Source: Candidatus Woesearchaeota archaeon (lineage in GTDB: Archaea; Nanobdellota; Nanobdellia; Woesearchaeales; WJKL01). Taken from it: a DNA stretch of 64,000 bases. The notes under the pieces were generated by a model. That model was not told where the DNA came from. It worked only from the letters and a program-made list of their open reading frames with translations, and did not search any database. A program made the translations under genes and the position numbers. Below are positions 1 to 11,387 of this stretch, piece after piece. Where the stretch lies: positions 21,647-85,646 of the forward strand of contig JAHWIR010000008.1 of the NCBI GenBank assembly GCA_019322435.1. The letters are read 5' to 3'. Within the stretch, counting starts at the first letter, position 1; every line of letters begins with the position of its first letter.

Positions 1-806
1 GGTTATTGAAAGATGAAGAGATAATGAAGGCTGTTTCTGAGGACAAGCAATATGATGATGTGCTTGTAAACCTGTTTGACTATACTGACATCAAATCTGA
101 AGAAGATGCAATGGACAGGATTGCTAAGAAGATAGGGATAACCCAGGCAAGGGAAATAAGACTGGAGAGGATGAATGAGATAGTTGACAAGTATCTGATG
201 CCTCATCTTGGAGTTGAAAAAGAAGACAGGCTGTTCAAAGCATATAACTTATGCAAGATGATAAAGAAGTTTGTTGATGTTTCTAACAGAGTATTGCCAA
301 CAGATGACAAAGACCATTATATGAACAAGAAATTGAAATTAAGCGGGGATCTGCTGTCTGATCTGGTAAGGATGAATCTTAAGGTGTTGATTGGGGACTT
401 GCTGTATAATTTCCAGAGGATTGTCAAGAGGGGGAAGTTCCCGTCAATCAAGGTTATTATAAGAGAGAAACTGCTTACTTCAAGGATCTACAGCGCAATG
501 GCAACAGGAAGCTGGGTTGGCGGCAGAAAGGGAATAAGCCAGAGAATCCAAAGACTGAATTTCCTGGATACAATGAGCCATCTGCAGAGAGTTGTAAGCC
601 CGCTGTCTGCTTCGCAGGAGAATTTTGAAGCCAGAGAACTGCATGCTACTCATCTTGGAAGATTATGCCCGATTGAAACGCCTGAAGGAACCAATATCGG
701 ACTGAGAAAGAATCTTGCATTGTTGTGCAAGACATCCCATGACTCTGATGAAGAGGAGTTATTGAAGCATATCAAGAATCTGGGAGCAAATCTTATCACA
801 AAATGA
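1..806 (+). CDS. rpoB2: DNA-directed RNA polymerase subunit B'' (N-terminal half of beta-like subunit), 3' part only; gene starts upstream of window
   Basis: The ORF is open to the window start, and its stop overlaps the start of the B' ORF (803), the arrangement typical of the archaeal split rpoB. The protein resembles RNAP subunit 2 fork/hybrid-binding regions. It sits directly upstream of rpoB'-rpoA'-rpoA''. Confidence 0.85.
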   Translation, partial: LLKDEEIMKAVSEDKQYDDVLVNLFDYTDIKSEEDAMDRIAKKIGITQAREIRLERMNEIVDKYLMPHLGVEKEDRLFKAYNLCKMIKKFVDVSNRVLPTDDKDHYMNKKLKLSGDLLSDLVRMNLKVLIGDLLYNFQRIVKRGKFPSIKVIIREKLLTSRIYSAMATGSWVGGRKGISQRIQRLNFLDTMSHLQRVVSPLSASQENFEARELHATHLGRLCPIETPEGTNIGLRKNLALLCKTSHDSDEEELLKHIKNLGANLITK

Positions 807-2611
807 CAATAACTGAACTTTATTTGAATGGAAAATATGTAGGAGGGGTTGAAGACCCTGTTTTGTTTATTGAGCAGTTCAAGAGCGAGAGAAGAAAAGG
901 GAATGTTTCAGCTAATAATAATATCTATTATGATGATAAATCAAATATAATCAAGATTGAGGGCGGCAAAGGAAGAGCAAGAAGGCCGCTGATCATAGTA
1001 AAAGATGGGATTCCAATGCTGACTGAGAAGCATGTCAAGCAGCTGGAGCAGGGAGAGATCTCCTGGAGCGACCTCATGCACCAGGGTGTTATCGAGTTCT
1101 TGGATGCGAGTGAAGAAGAAAATGCTCTTATTGCTTTTTCTGAAAAAGAATTGAGAACAGAGCATACTCATCTAGAATTAACTCCAATGGATATGTTTGG
1201 ATTATGCACTTCACTAGTGCCTTTTGCAAATCATACTCCTACTCCAAGGGTCAATATGGGAAGCAAGAACCAGAAGCAGGCTCTTGGATTTTATGCTGCA
1301 AACTATCTTGTAAGGATGGATATGGATGTTAATTTGCTGCACAGCCCGCAGGTGCCTGTTGTCAAGACAATGATGCATGATATCTATGGAGATGAGCATC
1401 ATCCTAGCGGGCAGAATATAATTGTTGCTGTGATGAGCTATGATGGTTATAATATGGAGGATGCTATTGTTGTCAACAAAAGTTCAATTGACAGGGGCTT
1501 TGGCAGGAGCAGCTATTACAGGCCAAGCATTGCTGAAGAGCTGAGATATTCAGGAGGACTGGTGGATGATATCAGCATTCCAGACAAAGATGTCAAAGGA
1601 TATAAAACCGAGCATGATTATAGATTACTGGAAAAGGATGGAATTATCTATCCTGAAGCAAAGATTGCAGAAGGAGATGTCATCATCGGAAAGACCTCTC
1701 CGCCAAGATTCTTGAGCAGCCTGGATGAATATAACTTAGCTGCTGCAACAAGAAGGGAGAGCTCTGTATCTGTAAGCCACGGAGAGCAGGGAGTCATTGA
1801 TTTTGTCCTGATAACTGAAAATGAGGAAGGAAACAAGTTAGTGCAGGTTAGAGTTAGGGACCAAAGAATTCCGGAGATTGGAGACAAGTTCACTTCAAGG
1901 CACGGGCAGAAAGGAGTCATTGGACTGATTGTCCCTTCATCTGACATGCCGTTCAGTGCAGATGGTATAACTCCTGATCTGATCTTCAGCCCTCATGGTA
2001 TTCCTTCTCGTATGACAATTTCCCATATGATTGAATTGCTAGGTGGAAAAGTAGGAGCATTAGGCGGAAGGTATATTGACGGAACTTCTTTCCATTCTGA
2101 GAAAGAAGAAGATCTGAGAAAGGAATTGCTTGCATTTGGATTTAGAGAAGATGGTGTTGAAACATTATATAATGGAAGGACAGGAGAGATGTACAAGGCC
2201 AAGATATTTATTGGAAATATGTATTATCTGAAACTGAAACACATGGTTGCTAACAAGATCCATGCAAGAGCAAGAGGTCCTATACAGCTGCTTACAAGGC
2301 AGCCGACAGAAGGAAGAGCAAAAGAAGGAGGATTGAGATTAGGAGAGATGGAGAAGGATACTTTTGTAGCGCACGGAGCTTCGCTGTTATTGAAAGAAAG
2401 GTTTGATGCAGACAAGACAATGGTGCCGGTGTGCGAGCAGTGCGGATTGATTGCAATCTATGATAGTCATAAGAACAAAAGCTATTGCCCGATATGCGGG
2501 GATAATGTAGAGGTAACAAATGTTGAGATGAGCTATGCATTCAAGCTGATATTGGATGAGTTCAAATCATTGTGCGTGTATCCTAAATTGGGGCTTGCTT
2601 ATAAATATTAA
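803..2611 (+). CDS. rpoB1: DNA-directed RNA polymerase subunit B' (C-terminal half of beta-like subunit)
   Basis: This 602-aa protein contains the conserved active-site/anchor motifs GDKFTSRHGQKGV and NGRTGEMYK and a C-terminal Cys4 Zn motif (CEQCG...CPICG). It lies within the canonical archaeal RNAP operon. Confidence 0.9.
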   Translation: MTITELYLNGKYVGGVEDPVLFIEQFKSERRKGNVSANNNIYYDDKSNIIKIEGGKGRARRPLIIVKDGIPMLTEKHVKQLEQGEISWSDLMHQGVIEFLDASEEENALIAFSEKELRTEHTHLELTPMDMFGLCTSLVPFANHTPTPRVNMGSKNQKQALGFYAANYLVRMDMDVNLLHSPQVPVVKTMMHDIYGDEHHPSGQNIIVAVMSYDGYNMEDAIVVNKSSIDRGFGRSSYYRPSIAEELRYSGGLVDDISIPDKDVKGYKTEHDYRLLEKDGIIYPEAKIAEGDVIIGKTSPPRFLSSLDEYNLAAATRRESSVSVSHGEQGVIDFVLITENEEGNKLVQVRVRDQRIPEIGDKFTSRHGQKGVIGLIVPSSDMPFSADGITPDLIFSPHGIPSRMTISHMIELLGGKVGALGGRYIDGTSFHSEKEEDLRKELLAFGFREDGVETLYNGRTGEMYKAKIFIGNMYYLKLKHMVANKIHARARGPIQLLTRQPTEGRAKEGGLRLGEMEKDTFVAHGASLLLKERFDADKTMVPVCEQCGLIAIYDSHKNKSYCPICGDNVEVTNVEMSYAFKLILDEFKSLCVYPKLGLAYKY

Positions 2612-2658
2612 AACAATGTTGGGCAAAGCCCAACAAGGTTAAAAATAAATTTTTAACA

Positions 2659-5259
2659 ATGGCAGAAGAAATAGAGATTCCACAAGAGTATGTGTACAAA
2701 AAGATAGAGAACATTGTATTCGGGGTAGCGAGCCCGCAGCTGATCAAGAAGATGGCCACTGCAAAGGTAGTTACACCTGAGCTTTATGACAAAGAAGGTT
2801 ATCCTGTTGACGGCGGATTGATGGATATAAGATTGGGAGTAATTGATCCTGGTTTAAGGTGCAAGACTTGCGGAAGCAAGCTGAAGGAATGCATCGGGCA
2901 TTTTGGTTATATTGAATTAGCAAGGCCTGTAATCCATATCAGTTTTGTGGGGGTTATTCTTGATCTGTTGAGAAGCACCTGCAAGGACTGCGGAAAGATA
3001 TTGATTCCAGGGGATAGGATAAACAGGTATAAAGATAAATTAGAGAAAGCTGAAGAAGAAGGGGATTTGGAAGGAAGAAGAGCAGCTGTAAAAGCTATTA
3101 TTGCCAGCCTGAAAACAGTAAACAAGTGCCCTCATTGCAAAGCAAGACAGCAAAAGATTTCACTGGAGAAGCCGACTACTTTCCTTGAGAATGATAAAAA
3201 GATAGGTCCTATTGAAGTAAGGGCAAGGCTGGAGAAGATACCTGATGAAGATTTGGATGTATTTGGATTAAGAGCTGGATATGTAAGGCCTGAATGGATG
3301 GTGCTGACTGTAATGCCGATTCCTCCTGTAACAATGAGGCCTTCTATTACTCTTGAAACTGGTGAGAGATCAGAGGATGATTTGACTCATAAATTAGGAG
3401 ATATAGTAAGGATCAACCAGAGGCTATTTGAGAATATTAATGCAGGAGCTCCTGAGATTATTATAGAGGATTTGTGGGATCTGCTGCAGTATCATATTAC
3501 TACATTCTTTGACAATAATGTTGCGCAATTGCCTCCTGCTAGGCATAGATCTGGGCAGCCGCTTAAGACAATAACTGAGAGAATCAAAAGCAAGGAAGGA
3601 AGAATTAGGCATAACCTTGCTGGAAAGAGAACAAACTTTAGTTCTAGAACTGTCATCAGCCCGGATCCAATGATTGAGCTGAATGAAGTTGGAGTTCCAA
3701 AAGTAGTGGCCAAGAAGCTGACCATACCAGAGAAAATAACTGAGTGGAATATCGATTATCTGAGGAAGTTTGTTGAAAGAGGACCTGCAAAATATCCAGG
3801 AGCTAATTATATAGTAAGGCCTGACGGCAAGAAGAAAAAGATAACAGATGAAACACAAGAAGCACTGCTTGAGGAGCTTGAACCTGGATTTATTGTTGAG
3901 AGGCATCTGATGGACGGAGATATTGCAATATTCAACAGGCAGCCTAGCCTGCACAGGATGAGCATGATGTGCCATAGGGTAAGGGTATTGGCTGGAAGGA
4001 CATTCAGGCTGAATCCTGCTGTATGCCATCCTTATAATGCTGATTTTGACGGGGATGAGATGAACCTGCATATTCCGCAGACAGAGGAATCAAGATCAGA
4101 AGCAGAGATGCTGATGGAAGTGCAGACACAGCTGATTTCTCCAAGATACGGGCTGAGTGTAATCGGCTGCGTGCAAGATGCTATATCTGGCAATTATCTG
4201 CTTACAAGAGGGACTAAATTGAGTAAAGCAGAGGCAGTTGATTTATTGATGGCTATTGGAGTTGATGATTTCTCAAAGCTTCCTTCAAAAGAAGCTATTA
4301 GCGGAAGGGATGTTTTCTCTTGTGTACTGCCTAAGGATTTTAGCTTTAAAGGAAAATCAAGAGGAGCTGACGAGCATGGAGAGAATGATGTTGTGATAAA
4401 GAGCGGCAGATTGGTAAAGGGGGTAATGGACAGGGATAATCTTGGAGAAGGGGCTGGATTGCTGCTGAGAAATATCCATAAAAAGTACGGGCAAAGAAGA
4501 GCTATAAAGATTCTCGGAAGGATATTCAAATTAGGCATAGTGTATCTGACAAGGCACGGATTTACAGCTGCTTTGTCTGACACTGACTTGCCAGAGCCTG
4601 CAAAGATAAAGATAAGAGAGATATTGAACAAGGCTGAGGATGATGTTAATAATCTGATTAATCTCTATCATCAGGGAAAATTAGAGATATTCCCAGGAAG
4701 GACTGCTGAGGAAACACTTGAATTGAAGATTTTAGAATTATTAAACAAAGCTAGGAACGAAACAGGAAAAGTAGTTGCAGAGCATTTGAATAAAAACACA
4801 GGAAGCTCTGTTATGAGTGATTCTGGAAGCAGAGGAGGTCCACTTAACTTAGCTCAAATGGCTGCTTGTGTTGGGCAGCAGGCTATGAGAGGAAAAAGGA
4901 TTGAGAAAGGCTATATTGGAAGAACAATGTCAAGCTTTAAGAGAGGAGATTTGAGTTCAAATGCCCGCGGATTTATAAGAGATGGCTATAAGGGCGGGCT
5001 GACTCCATATGAATTCTTTTTTGGAGCAATAACTGGAAGAGATTCATTGATGGATACTGCCTTAAGGACTCCAAAATCTGGCTATTTGTATCGTAGATTA
5101 GCCAATGCAATGCAGGATTTGAAGGTTGAGTATGATGGCACTGTAAGAGATGCCAGCGGAAAGGTTGTGCAGTTTAATTACGGGGAGGACGGAATTGATG
5201 TCTCAAAATCAGAAAATGGAATATTGAATGTTCAAAGAATAATTGATAATGTGAAATAA
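2659..5259 (+). CDS. rpoA1: DNA-directed RNA polymerase subunit A'
   Basis: This 866-aa protein has N-terminal Zn-binding CxxC pairs and the catalytic [10 protein letters not shown] motif. Its position after rpoB' matches the canonical operon order. Confidence 0.93.
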   Translation: MAEEIEIPQEYVYKKIENIVFGVASPQLIKKMATAKVVTPELYDKEGYPVDGGLMDIRLGVIDPGLRCKTCGSKLKECIGHFGYIELARPVIHISFVGVILDLLRSTCKDCGKILIPGDRINRYKDKLEKAEEEGDLEGRRAAVKAIIASLKTVNKCPHCKARQQKISLEKPTTFLENDKKIGPIEVRARLEKIPDEDLDVFGLRAGYVRPEWMVLTVMPIPPVTMRPSITLETGERSEDDLTHKLGDIVRINQRLFENINAGAPEIIIEDLWDLLQYHITTFFDNNVAQLPPARHRSGQPLKTITERIKSKEGRIRHNLAGKRTNFSSRTVISPDPMIELNEVGVPKVVAKKLTIPEKITEWNIDYLRKFVERGPAKYPGANYIVRPDGKKKKITDETQEALLEELEPGFIVERHLMDGDIAIFNRQPSLHRMSMMCHRVRVLAGRTFRLNPAVCHPYNADFDGDEMNLHIPQTEESRSEAEMLMEVQTQLISPRYGLSVIGCVQDAISGNYLLTRGTKLSKAEAVDLLMAIGVDDFSKLPSKEAISGRDVFSCVLPKDFSFKGKSRGADEHGENDVVIKSGRLVKGVMDRDNLGEGAGLLLRNIHKKYGQRRAIKILGRIFKLGIVYLTRHGFTAALSDTDLPEPAKIKIREILNKAEDDVNNLINLYHQGKLEIFPGRTAEETLELKILELLNKARNETGKVVAEHLNKNTGSSVMSDSGSRGGPLNLAQMAACVGQQAMRGKRIEKGYIGRTMSSFKRGDLSSNARGFIRDGYKGGLTPYEFFFGAITGRDSLMDTALRTPKSGYLYRRLANAMQDLKVEYDGTVRDASGKVVQFNYGEDGIDVSKSENGILNVQRIIDNVK

Positions 5260-5261
5260 AG

Positions 5262-6389
5262 ATGGCTAAAGAATATCAAAAATACAAAGGAAAGATTCCA
5301 GGAAATATATTAGAAGAGGTTAAAGAGATAACTAAAGGGATGGGAGAAGGAAGAGTCAATAGGGTATTAAAGGAAGTTTATAAGGAATACAAGAAAACAA
5401 AGGTTGAGCCAGGAGAAAGTGTAGGATTAGTCAGTGCTGAATCAATTGGAGAGCCGGGCACGCAGATGACATTGAACACATTCCACTTTGCTGGTGTTGC
5501 AGAGATGAATGTTACAGTGGGGCTGCCTAGGATAATTGAGATTTTGGATGGAAGGAAGAATATCAAGACCCCTATGATGGAGATATTTTTGAAGAAACCG
5601 TGGAGCACTGGAAAGAACATAAGGCAATTAGCGCTTTCTATCAAAGAGACAACAATAAAAGAGGTCCTGGTTGATATTTCTGTAAGTATTGTTGATTCTA
5701 AGATTGAATTAAAGTTAGATAATGAGAAGATGAAAGAGATTGGAATCACCCCTTCACAGATTACAGCTTCTTTAGGCAAGCAATTGAAAGGGATATCTGT
5801 AAAGAAAAAGGATGATATGATTATACTGAAACAAAAAGGAAAAGAAGTTGGTGTAGGAGACATCTACAAGATAAAGGAAAAGATAAAGGATATCTATGTC
5901 AAAGGTGTAAAAGGGATAAAGCAAGTATTGCCTGTTAAAAGAGATGATGAATTTATTATTATTACTGCTGGAAGCAATTTGAATGATATACTCCCATTGA
6001 AAGAAGTTGATGAGACAAGGACTGTGAGTAATGATGTGTTTGAAACAGCTGATATTTTGGGTGTTGAGGCTGCAAGACAGGTTGTCATGAATGAGGTCAA
6101 CAAGGTCATTGAAGCGCAGGGATTGAATGTTGATCTAAGGCATGTCATGCTTGTGGCTGATACAATGTGCTTTAATGGAGAGGTAAAAGGCATCACAAGA
6201 TATGGTATTGTAAGCAAGAAAGCCTCTGTCTTGGCAAGAGCTTCTTTTGAGACTCCAATAAGGCATATAATCAATGCTGCTCTTGTTGGAGAGGTTGATG
6301 AACTGAATTCTGTTGTTGAGAATGTTATGCTGAACCAGCCTGTTCCAGTCGGAACTGGACTTCCTGGATTGATCACAAAGGTGAAATAG
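5262..6389 (+). CDS. rpoA2: DNA-directed RNA polymerase subunit A''
   Basis: This 375-aa protein follows A' directly and shows trigger-loop/jaw region similarity. The split A'/A'' arrangement is archaeal-specific. Confidence 0.9.
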   Translation: MAKEYQKYKGKIPGNILEEVKEITKGMGEGRVNRVLKEVYKEYKKTKVEPGESVGLVSAESIGEPGTQMTLNTFHFAGVAEMNVTVGLPRIIEILDGRKNIKTPMMEIFLKKPWSTGKNIRQLALSIKETTIKEVLVDISVSIVDSKIELKLDNEKMKEIGITPSQITASLGKQLKGISVKKKDDMIILKQKGKEVGVGDIYKIKEKIKDIYVKGVKGIKQVLPVKRDDEFIIITAGSNLNDILPLKEVDETRTVSNDVFETADILGVEAARQVVMNEVNKVIEAQGLNVDLRHVMLVADTMCFNGEVKGITRYGIVSKKASVLARASFETPIRHIINAALVGEVDELNSVVENVMLNQPVPVGTGLPGLITKVK

Positions 6390-6390
6390 C

Positions 6391-6654
6391 ATGGGAGCAA
6401 TAGATGATATTAAAAAAGTTGTAAAAGAAGGAAAAATTGTTATTGGCACTAATAATGTTTTGAAGAATTTGAAATCAGGGAAGTTATCCAAAGTGTTTAT
6501 TACTTCTAATTGCCCTGCTGATGTTAAAGAGAGTGTAAATCATTATGCTGAGCTGGCTAAGGTAGATGTTGTCCAGCTGAAGCAGCCAAATAGTGAATTA
6601 GGAGTTGTCTGCAAAAAACCATTTTCTATTTCTTTGCTAGGAGTAAAGGTGTAA
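6391..6654 (+). CDS. rpl30e: 50S ribosomal protein L30e
   Basis: This 87-aa L7Ae/L30e-fold protein lies between rpoA'' and nusA, its conserved archaeal position. Confidence 0.8.
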   Translation: MGAIDDIKKVVKEGKIVIGTNNVLKNLKSGKLSKVFITSNCPADVKESVNHYAELAKVDVVQLKQPNSELGVVCKKPFSISLLGVKV

Positions 6655-6658
6655 TAAG

Positions 6659-7078
6659 TTGGGAATAAAGATAAAATTTGACATTGATCTGATGAAGTTT
6701 ATTTCTCTTTTTGAGAAAATCACTAAAGTTAATGCAAAGGACTGTTTTAAGCAGCATGAGAAGATTGTCTTTATTGTTCCTGAGGGTAAGGCTGGAATTG
6801 CTGTTGGCAAGAAAGGAATGAATATCAAGAAATTGGAAGGCATATTGAAGAAGAAAGTGAAGATTGTTGAGTACAGTGATGATTTGATTGAGTTTGTCAA
6901 GAATGTAATCCATCCTCTTGGTGCAAAAGAGATAACTGAAGATGATGGTATTGTTACAATAATTCCTCCTGATTCACAGACAAGAGGTTATTTGATTGGC
7001 AGAGAAGCTATTAATTTGCGGGGATTTGAAGATATAGTTAAAAGGTATTTTGATATCAAAGAGATAAAAGTTGTATAA
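6659..7078 (+). CDS. nusA: Transcription termination/antitermination factor NusA (archaeal KH-only form)
   Basis: The 139-aa protein has two KH-like segments with GxxG loops (GKAGIAVGKKGMNIKK). It sits between L30e and S12. Confidence 0.8.
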   Translation: MGIKIKFDIDLMKFISLFEKITKVNAKDCFKQHEKIVFIVPEGKAGIAVGKKGMNIKKLEGILKKKVKIVEYSDDLIEFVKNVIHPLGAKEITEDDGIVTIIPPDSQTRGYLIGREAINLRGFEDIVKRYFDIKEIKVV

Positions 7079-7124
7079 TAGTAAGGTTTTTAAATATATT
7101 ATAAATCAAGAATGATACTAAACA

Positions 7125-7562
7125 ATGGCAAATAAATCAAGAGGATTAGGGTCAGTAAGAAGATTGAAGAAAAGAAGCAGATCTAATAGATGGCATTCTA
7201 GTAAATATACAAAGAGGACGCTTGGGTTGAAGAAAAAGGCTGATCCATTGGAAGGAAGTTCTCAGGCAAAGGGCATTGTTCTTGAGAAGGTTCAATTGGA
7301 GGCAAAACAGCCAAACTCTGCTATGAGGAAGTGTGTCAGAGTGCAGCTTATCAAGAATGGAAAGCAAGTCACTGCTTTTGCTCCTGGTGACGGAGCTACT
7401 AAGCTGATTGATGAGCACGATGAGGTTGTTATTGAGTGTATTGGCGGGAAGATGGGCAGAGCAAAAGGAGATATTCCAGGAGTAAGATGGTGTGTCAAGA
7501 AAGTTAATGATCAAAGCTTGAATGCATTACTAAGGGGAAAGATAGAGAAGGCTAGAAAATGA
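7125..7562 (+). CDS. rps12: 30S ribosomal protein S12 (uS12)
   Basis: Conserved [13 protein letters not shown]...GDGA core. Confidence 0.92.
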   Translation: MANKSRGLGSVRRLKKRSRSNRWHSSKYTKRTLGLKKKADPLEGSSQAKGIVLEKVQLEAKQPNSAMRKCVRVQLIKNGKQVTAFAPGDGATKLIDEHDEVVIECIGGKMGRAKGDIPGVRWCVKKVNDQSLNALLRGKIEKARK

Positions 7563-7608
7563 AATTTTTAAATAAAAATTTCAGTGTTAAAATCGGAGAT
7601 TTGAACAA

Positions 7609-8202
7609 ATGATTAAAGCATTTGACAGATGGGATACAGGAGATATCAAGATTAAAGATAAGGGTTTAATAGAATATATTGTTGTTGAACCAAAGATTGT
7701 TCCTAGGACAGGAGCAAGATATGCTGGAGAAAGATTCCACAAATCCAAAGTTTTTATTATTGAGAGACTGATGAATAAAGTGATGGTTCCAGGGCATAAA
7801 AGCAAGAAACATTTCAGAAGTTCAGGACATATCACTGGAAAAGCTGGAAATGCATACAAGATTGTTGAAAAGGCTCTTTTAAAGATTGAAGCTTTGACAA
7901 AAGAGAATCCAATAAAAGTATTTGTCCAGGCTCTGGAGAATGCTGCTCCAAGAGAAGAGATAATCACAATCGAATACGGAGGAGCAAGGTATCCAAAAGC
8001 AGTTGAGTGCGCTCCACAGAGAAGGATAGATATTGCATTGAGATATTTCTGCCAAGGTGCTTATCAAAAATCTTTTAATTCTAAGAAAGCAATTGAAGAT
8101 GCTCTTGCTGATGAGATAATGAATGCTTACAAGTTAAGCAATAATTCTGCAGCTATTTCTAAAAAGCTTGAGTTAGAAAGACAGGCTGACGCTTCTCGTT
8201 AG
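7609..8202 (+). CDS. rps7: 30S ribosomal protein S7 (uS7)
   Basis: The 197-aa protein sits in the str-operon position after S12 and has a uS7-like sequence. Confidence 0.9.
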   Translation: MIKAFDRWDTGDIKIKDKGLIEYIVVEPKIVPRTGARYAGERFHKSKVFIIERLMNKVMVPGHKSKKHFRSSGHITGKAGNAYKIVEKALLKIEALTKENPIKVFVQALENAAPREEIITIEYGGARYPKAVECAPQRRIDIALRYFCQGAYQKSFNSKKAIEDALADEIMNAYKLSNNSAAISKKLELERQADASR

Positions 8203-8245
8203 AGAAGTCTGTTGAGTTTAGTCAACTTTACTTCTAGATAAATTA

Positions 8246-8872
8246 TTATCCAATCACCACTATATGGTATGTTTTTATTTCTTTGTTGTCTTCATCAATT
8301 CCTGGATAATAAAACACTTCTTTGAACTTTTCAAATGAAATTTTGAGGTTTTCACCTAAATAAGAATCATTGCATATAAAATTAGATTCATCAAAACCTT
8401 TTATCAATATAAAATGTCCTTTGTATCCGCTTCCCCTAGTGAGTATGTTTCGATTAATAACTGCAATCACAAGCTTTTTTTGTTCAATCTGTGATTTGAT
8501 GAAATCAAGTGTTACTTCTCTTTTTTCAAATAGATTATTCTTCAAAACAAAATCAACGCTGGAGTCATAATGTTCTACGTCTACCTCTTCTCTAGGTCCT
8601 CCAACTTTTTTTAGTTCTTCTTCATCATTACCTATCTTCTTTAGGTCTTCGCTACTATGATATTTAGAGTTAATCCCAAATGAAGATAATAATTCAACAA
8701 TATACATCTCAAAGAACCACTTTCCTTTTTTGTATCTCATTCTCTTATAAAGCTCTGAAAAAGATACATCTATATCAAAGAACTTCAATATCATCATCAC
8801 AGTTGGTGGTCCTTGACATGAAGCGTATTCTTCTTTTTTGTCTCCTATAAAAGGAACATTTTTGATAATCAT
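8246..8872 (-). CDS. Papain-like cysteine peptidase, C39-like (Peptidase_C39_2/BtrH-like) domain protein
   Basis: A candidate nucleophile Cys sits in the ASCQGPPTVMMIL context and a candidate catalytic His downstream in GHFILIKGFDE. The gene is last in the minus-strand enzyme operon, separated from the preceding gene by a 95-bp gap. Confidence 0.45.
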   Translation of the reverse strand: MIIKNVPFIGDKKEEYASCQGPPTVMMILKFFDIDVSFSELYKRMRYKKGKWFFEMYIVELLSSFGINSKYHSSEDLKKIGNDEEELKKVGGPREEVDVEHYDSSVDFVLKNNLFEKREVTLDFIKSQIEQKKLVIAVINRNILTRGSGYKGHFILIKGFDESNFICNDSYLGENLKISFEKFKEVFYYPGIDEDNKEIKTYHIVVIG

Positions 8873-8967
8873 ATTAAGAATTATTTTTATTGAGTATATA
8901 AACCTATTTGTATTGTTAATTTTCTTCTATCCTTTTGAGAAAAAACTGAAGATTTATTTGCCATCTT

Positions 8968-10170
8968 TTACCTCAATAAATATTCTTTGGCTATTGGGTG
9001 GCTTAAGAAATTGTTTGCACCCATACTTGAACCATATGCTCCTGACTGATGTACTACAACCAAATCCCCAATATTAGCATTTTTAATCTGGATATCTTTA
9101 GCAAGAATATCTGCAGATAAACATAATGGTCCACCAATATCTATAATTTCGTTCCTTACGGAGGGTTGTCCAGGATGGAGTAATGGTTTTTTCATAGAAA
9201 TTATCTCTACTGGGTGGTTTGTTTCAGTTGCACATGGTCTTCTCTGATGATTGATTCCACCTGCTGTAATGATGTGCTTTTTGCCTTTAGACTCTTTTAT
9301 GTCTAATATTTCAGTAACATAATAACCAGATTCACCAACTATATATCTGCCTAATTCAAGAATTAATTCTTTGTTTTCATATCCTTGTTTTGATATTAGC
9401 TCAGACATGTTTTTTCCTAAAGATACTATATCCAAACTTCTTCCTTCGCCTTTATAATCTATTCCAAAACCACCACCAAGATCGATAATAGGTATGCCCT
9501 CTCCCTTATTTTCTAATCTATTAACCATCCCAAAAATATAATTAAAATAATCTAGAATGATTTCATGATCAAGCACCCCATTTCCAGCAAATACGTGTAT
9601 CCCTTGGAGGGAGATTCCTTCTAGATTAGATATTAATGCAGTTTGTTCTTCTATTCCCTTTTCATCTATTCCAAATTTAGAGGAAAAACCAGACATCAAA
9701 ATATGTGCTTTTTCTGGAGAATAATCAATATTAACTCTTACTAACACATCTACTGGGTGATTTGTAGTTTTTTTAACTATTTCTTTGATTCTTATTGCTT
9801 CAATATAAGACTCAACATTTATTTGTCTAATTCCCTCTTCAATATAGCGTTGAAGTTCATATCTATTCTTTCCAGGGCCTGTTGCAATTATTTCTTTAGG
9901 TTCAAAGAATTCTAAGGCTTTCTCCAGTTCTCCAGCAGAGGATACCTCAATACCATTAACTTTTTGAGATTTTTTCAGGTGGCACAATATTTCCTTATTA
10001 GGGTTAGCTTTCATGGCATAATACAAAGCAACATTTTCAGGAAGATTCTCCTTTAAACCAGAAAGTTGGGTATTGATTTTATCCATAGAATATAAATAAA
10101 AATAAGGCTCTCTATCAAAATCTGCGCTTCTTACAAGTTCTAATATCTTTCTCAATATATTGCTGTTCAT
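8968..10170 (-). CDS. PLP-dependent decarboxylase, Orn/DAP/Arg decarboxylase family (alanine-racemase-like fold III); LysA-like
   Basis: Motifs include YAMKANP with the PLP-binding Lys, a GGGFGIDY glycine-rich loop, an EPGR-like ELGRYIVGESG segment and a CLSAD segment. The 4-nt start overlaps the upstream gene. Confidence 0.8.
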   Translation of the reverse strand: MNSNILRKILELVRSADFDREPYFYLYSMDKINTQLSGLKENLPENVALYYAMKANPNKEILCHLKKSQKVNGIEVSSAGELEKALEFFEPKEIIATGPGKNRYELQRYIEEGIRQINVESYIEAIRIKEIVKKTTNHPVDVLVRVNIDYSPEKAHILMSGFSSKFGIDEKGIEEQTALISNLEGISLQGIHVFAGNGVLDHEIILDYFNYIFGMVNRLENKGEGIPIIDLGGGFGIDYKGEGRSLDIVSLGKNMSELISKQGYENKELILELGRYIVGESGYYVTEILDIKESKGKKHIITAGGINHQRRPCATETNHPVEIISMKKPLLHPGQPSVRNEIIDIGGPLCLSADILAKDIQIKNANIGDLVVVHQSGAYGSSMGANNFLSHPIAKEYLLR

Positions 10171-11387
10171 TTTAAGGAGTCTAAGACATTTCTAAGATTT
10201 AATGTAAATTTTGTAGGATCCATTGACATTGTAGTCCTAAACCAAAGCTCTTCTTCTTTTGTTTGAAATATGTGTCCTGGAGTAATACCTATATTTGTAG
10301 TTTCTAAAATATACTCAAACAATTCATGGGCATTCCCTATACCCTTTCTCCCTGCGTAATCTTTATTTATCTTTAAAAAGAATATATTGCCTGCTTCGGG
10401 TAGACATACTTTTTCAACAACTGGATGATTTTGACATAACTCCAGAGATGAGTTTACTCCTTGCTTAATTTTATTAAAAAAACTATCGAGTTCTTCAGAA
10501 TATTGTAAAGCTTCTGGAGATGTGGCTCCTACATCCATACTTGCTCTCAATCTCATCTCGGCTTTCATTATTTCATCTATTGTTTTTGAAACACAAAAAC
10601 CGGCGACCTCAGATGCTAAATTAAGGCTTTTTACAATGGAGGGGTCTCTAGAAATACTCCAGCCAATTCTAAAATCATTCATATGAGGTCGATCTTTACT
10701 TGGGCCTTTTATCTTTATCAATTTAGAGTAGTTTGATGTTGAAAAGAAATTGTGGCTTCTTGGATTTCTTGTTGCTTCTTCAAAGATAGCATCTAAAACA
10801 ACCACAATACCTGAGGATTCTGCTAAATTAATTACATCTTCCAATGTATTTTGATTAATATAGCTACAACATGGGTTTCCAGGAGATGTGAGAAATATAC
10901 ATGAGGTTTTCTCTGTTATGCAATTTTGAATATCTTTTACATTTGGTTGGAATCTGTTTTCAAAGTAAGTAGAGGTCAATACTGGCTTTAGACCATTATA
11001 AATTACTCCCCTTTCTATCTCTGGATATGCTGGTATTGGAATAATAATTTCATTTTTACCATTATTTTCAGATTCTTTCTTTAAATATCGGAAAATACTA
11101 TCAAAAGAACCAGTTACACCACCAGAATTTACAACTATATCTTCCTTAGAAAAGCCAGTTCCTTCATAATTAGATTCATGCAAGGCTACTAATTCTCTTA
11201 AAGAATAAGACCCTGCAGGATCATCATAACCTAACTCAACTTTGCCAGATTTTAATCTATCAAATGCGTCTTTTATGCAAGTCATAATAGGATATGATTC
11301 CATCCTAAAATTAGATGCATCTAATAGGACTGCTCCTTTTCTTTCTGCAATTTCAAAATAAGTTGACATGTCTGAAATTTTAATCAT
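10167..11387 (-). CDS. Class I/II (fold-type I) PLP aminotransferase; DapL/aspartate-aminotransferase-like
   Basis: LTSPGNPC and VVLDAIF motifs are present, together with SKDRPHMNDFRIGW, which carries the PLP-Lys followed by the conserved Arg-Gly. The protein is 406 aa. Confidence 0.75.
   Translation of the reverse strand: MIKISDMSTYFEIAERKGAVLLDASNFRMESYPIMTCIKDAFDRLKSGKVELGYDDPAGSYSLRELVALHESNYEGTGFSKEDIVVNSGGVTGSFDSIFRYLKKESENNGKNEIIIPIPAYPEIERGVIYNGLKPVLTSTYFENRFQPNVKDIQNCITEKTSCIFLTSPGNPCCSYINQNTLEDVINLAESSGIVVVLDAIFEEATRNPRSHNFFSTSNYSKLIKIKGPSKDRPHMNDFRIGWSISRDPSIVKSLNLASEVAGFCVSKTIDEIMKAEMRLRASMDVGATSPEALQYSEELDSFFNKIKQGVNSSLELCQNHPVVEKVCLPEAGNIFFLKINKDYAGRKGIGNAHELFEYILETTNIGITPGHIFQTKEEELWFRTTMSMDPTKFTLNLRNVLDSLK

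Noticed and set aside
3424-4071. 215-aa antisense ORF inside rpoA1, with similar antisense ORFs inside other genes (5378-5863, 5894-6400, 40116-40715, 46232-46618, 46793-47128, 57716-58069)
   Set aside because: Each is wholly embedded antisense to a strongly supported conserved gene. Their low-complexity Ser/Leu/Ile-rich products are typical of AT-rich reverse frames.
8968-11387. Calling the aminotransferase/decarboxylase pair dapL/lysA (lysine biosynthesis)
   Set aside because: This is plausible from fold and size. However, no other DAP-pathway genes are nearby, and the decarboxylase could equally act on Orn or Arg given the adjacent agmatinase-family gene. Specificity is not assigned.
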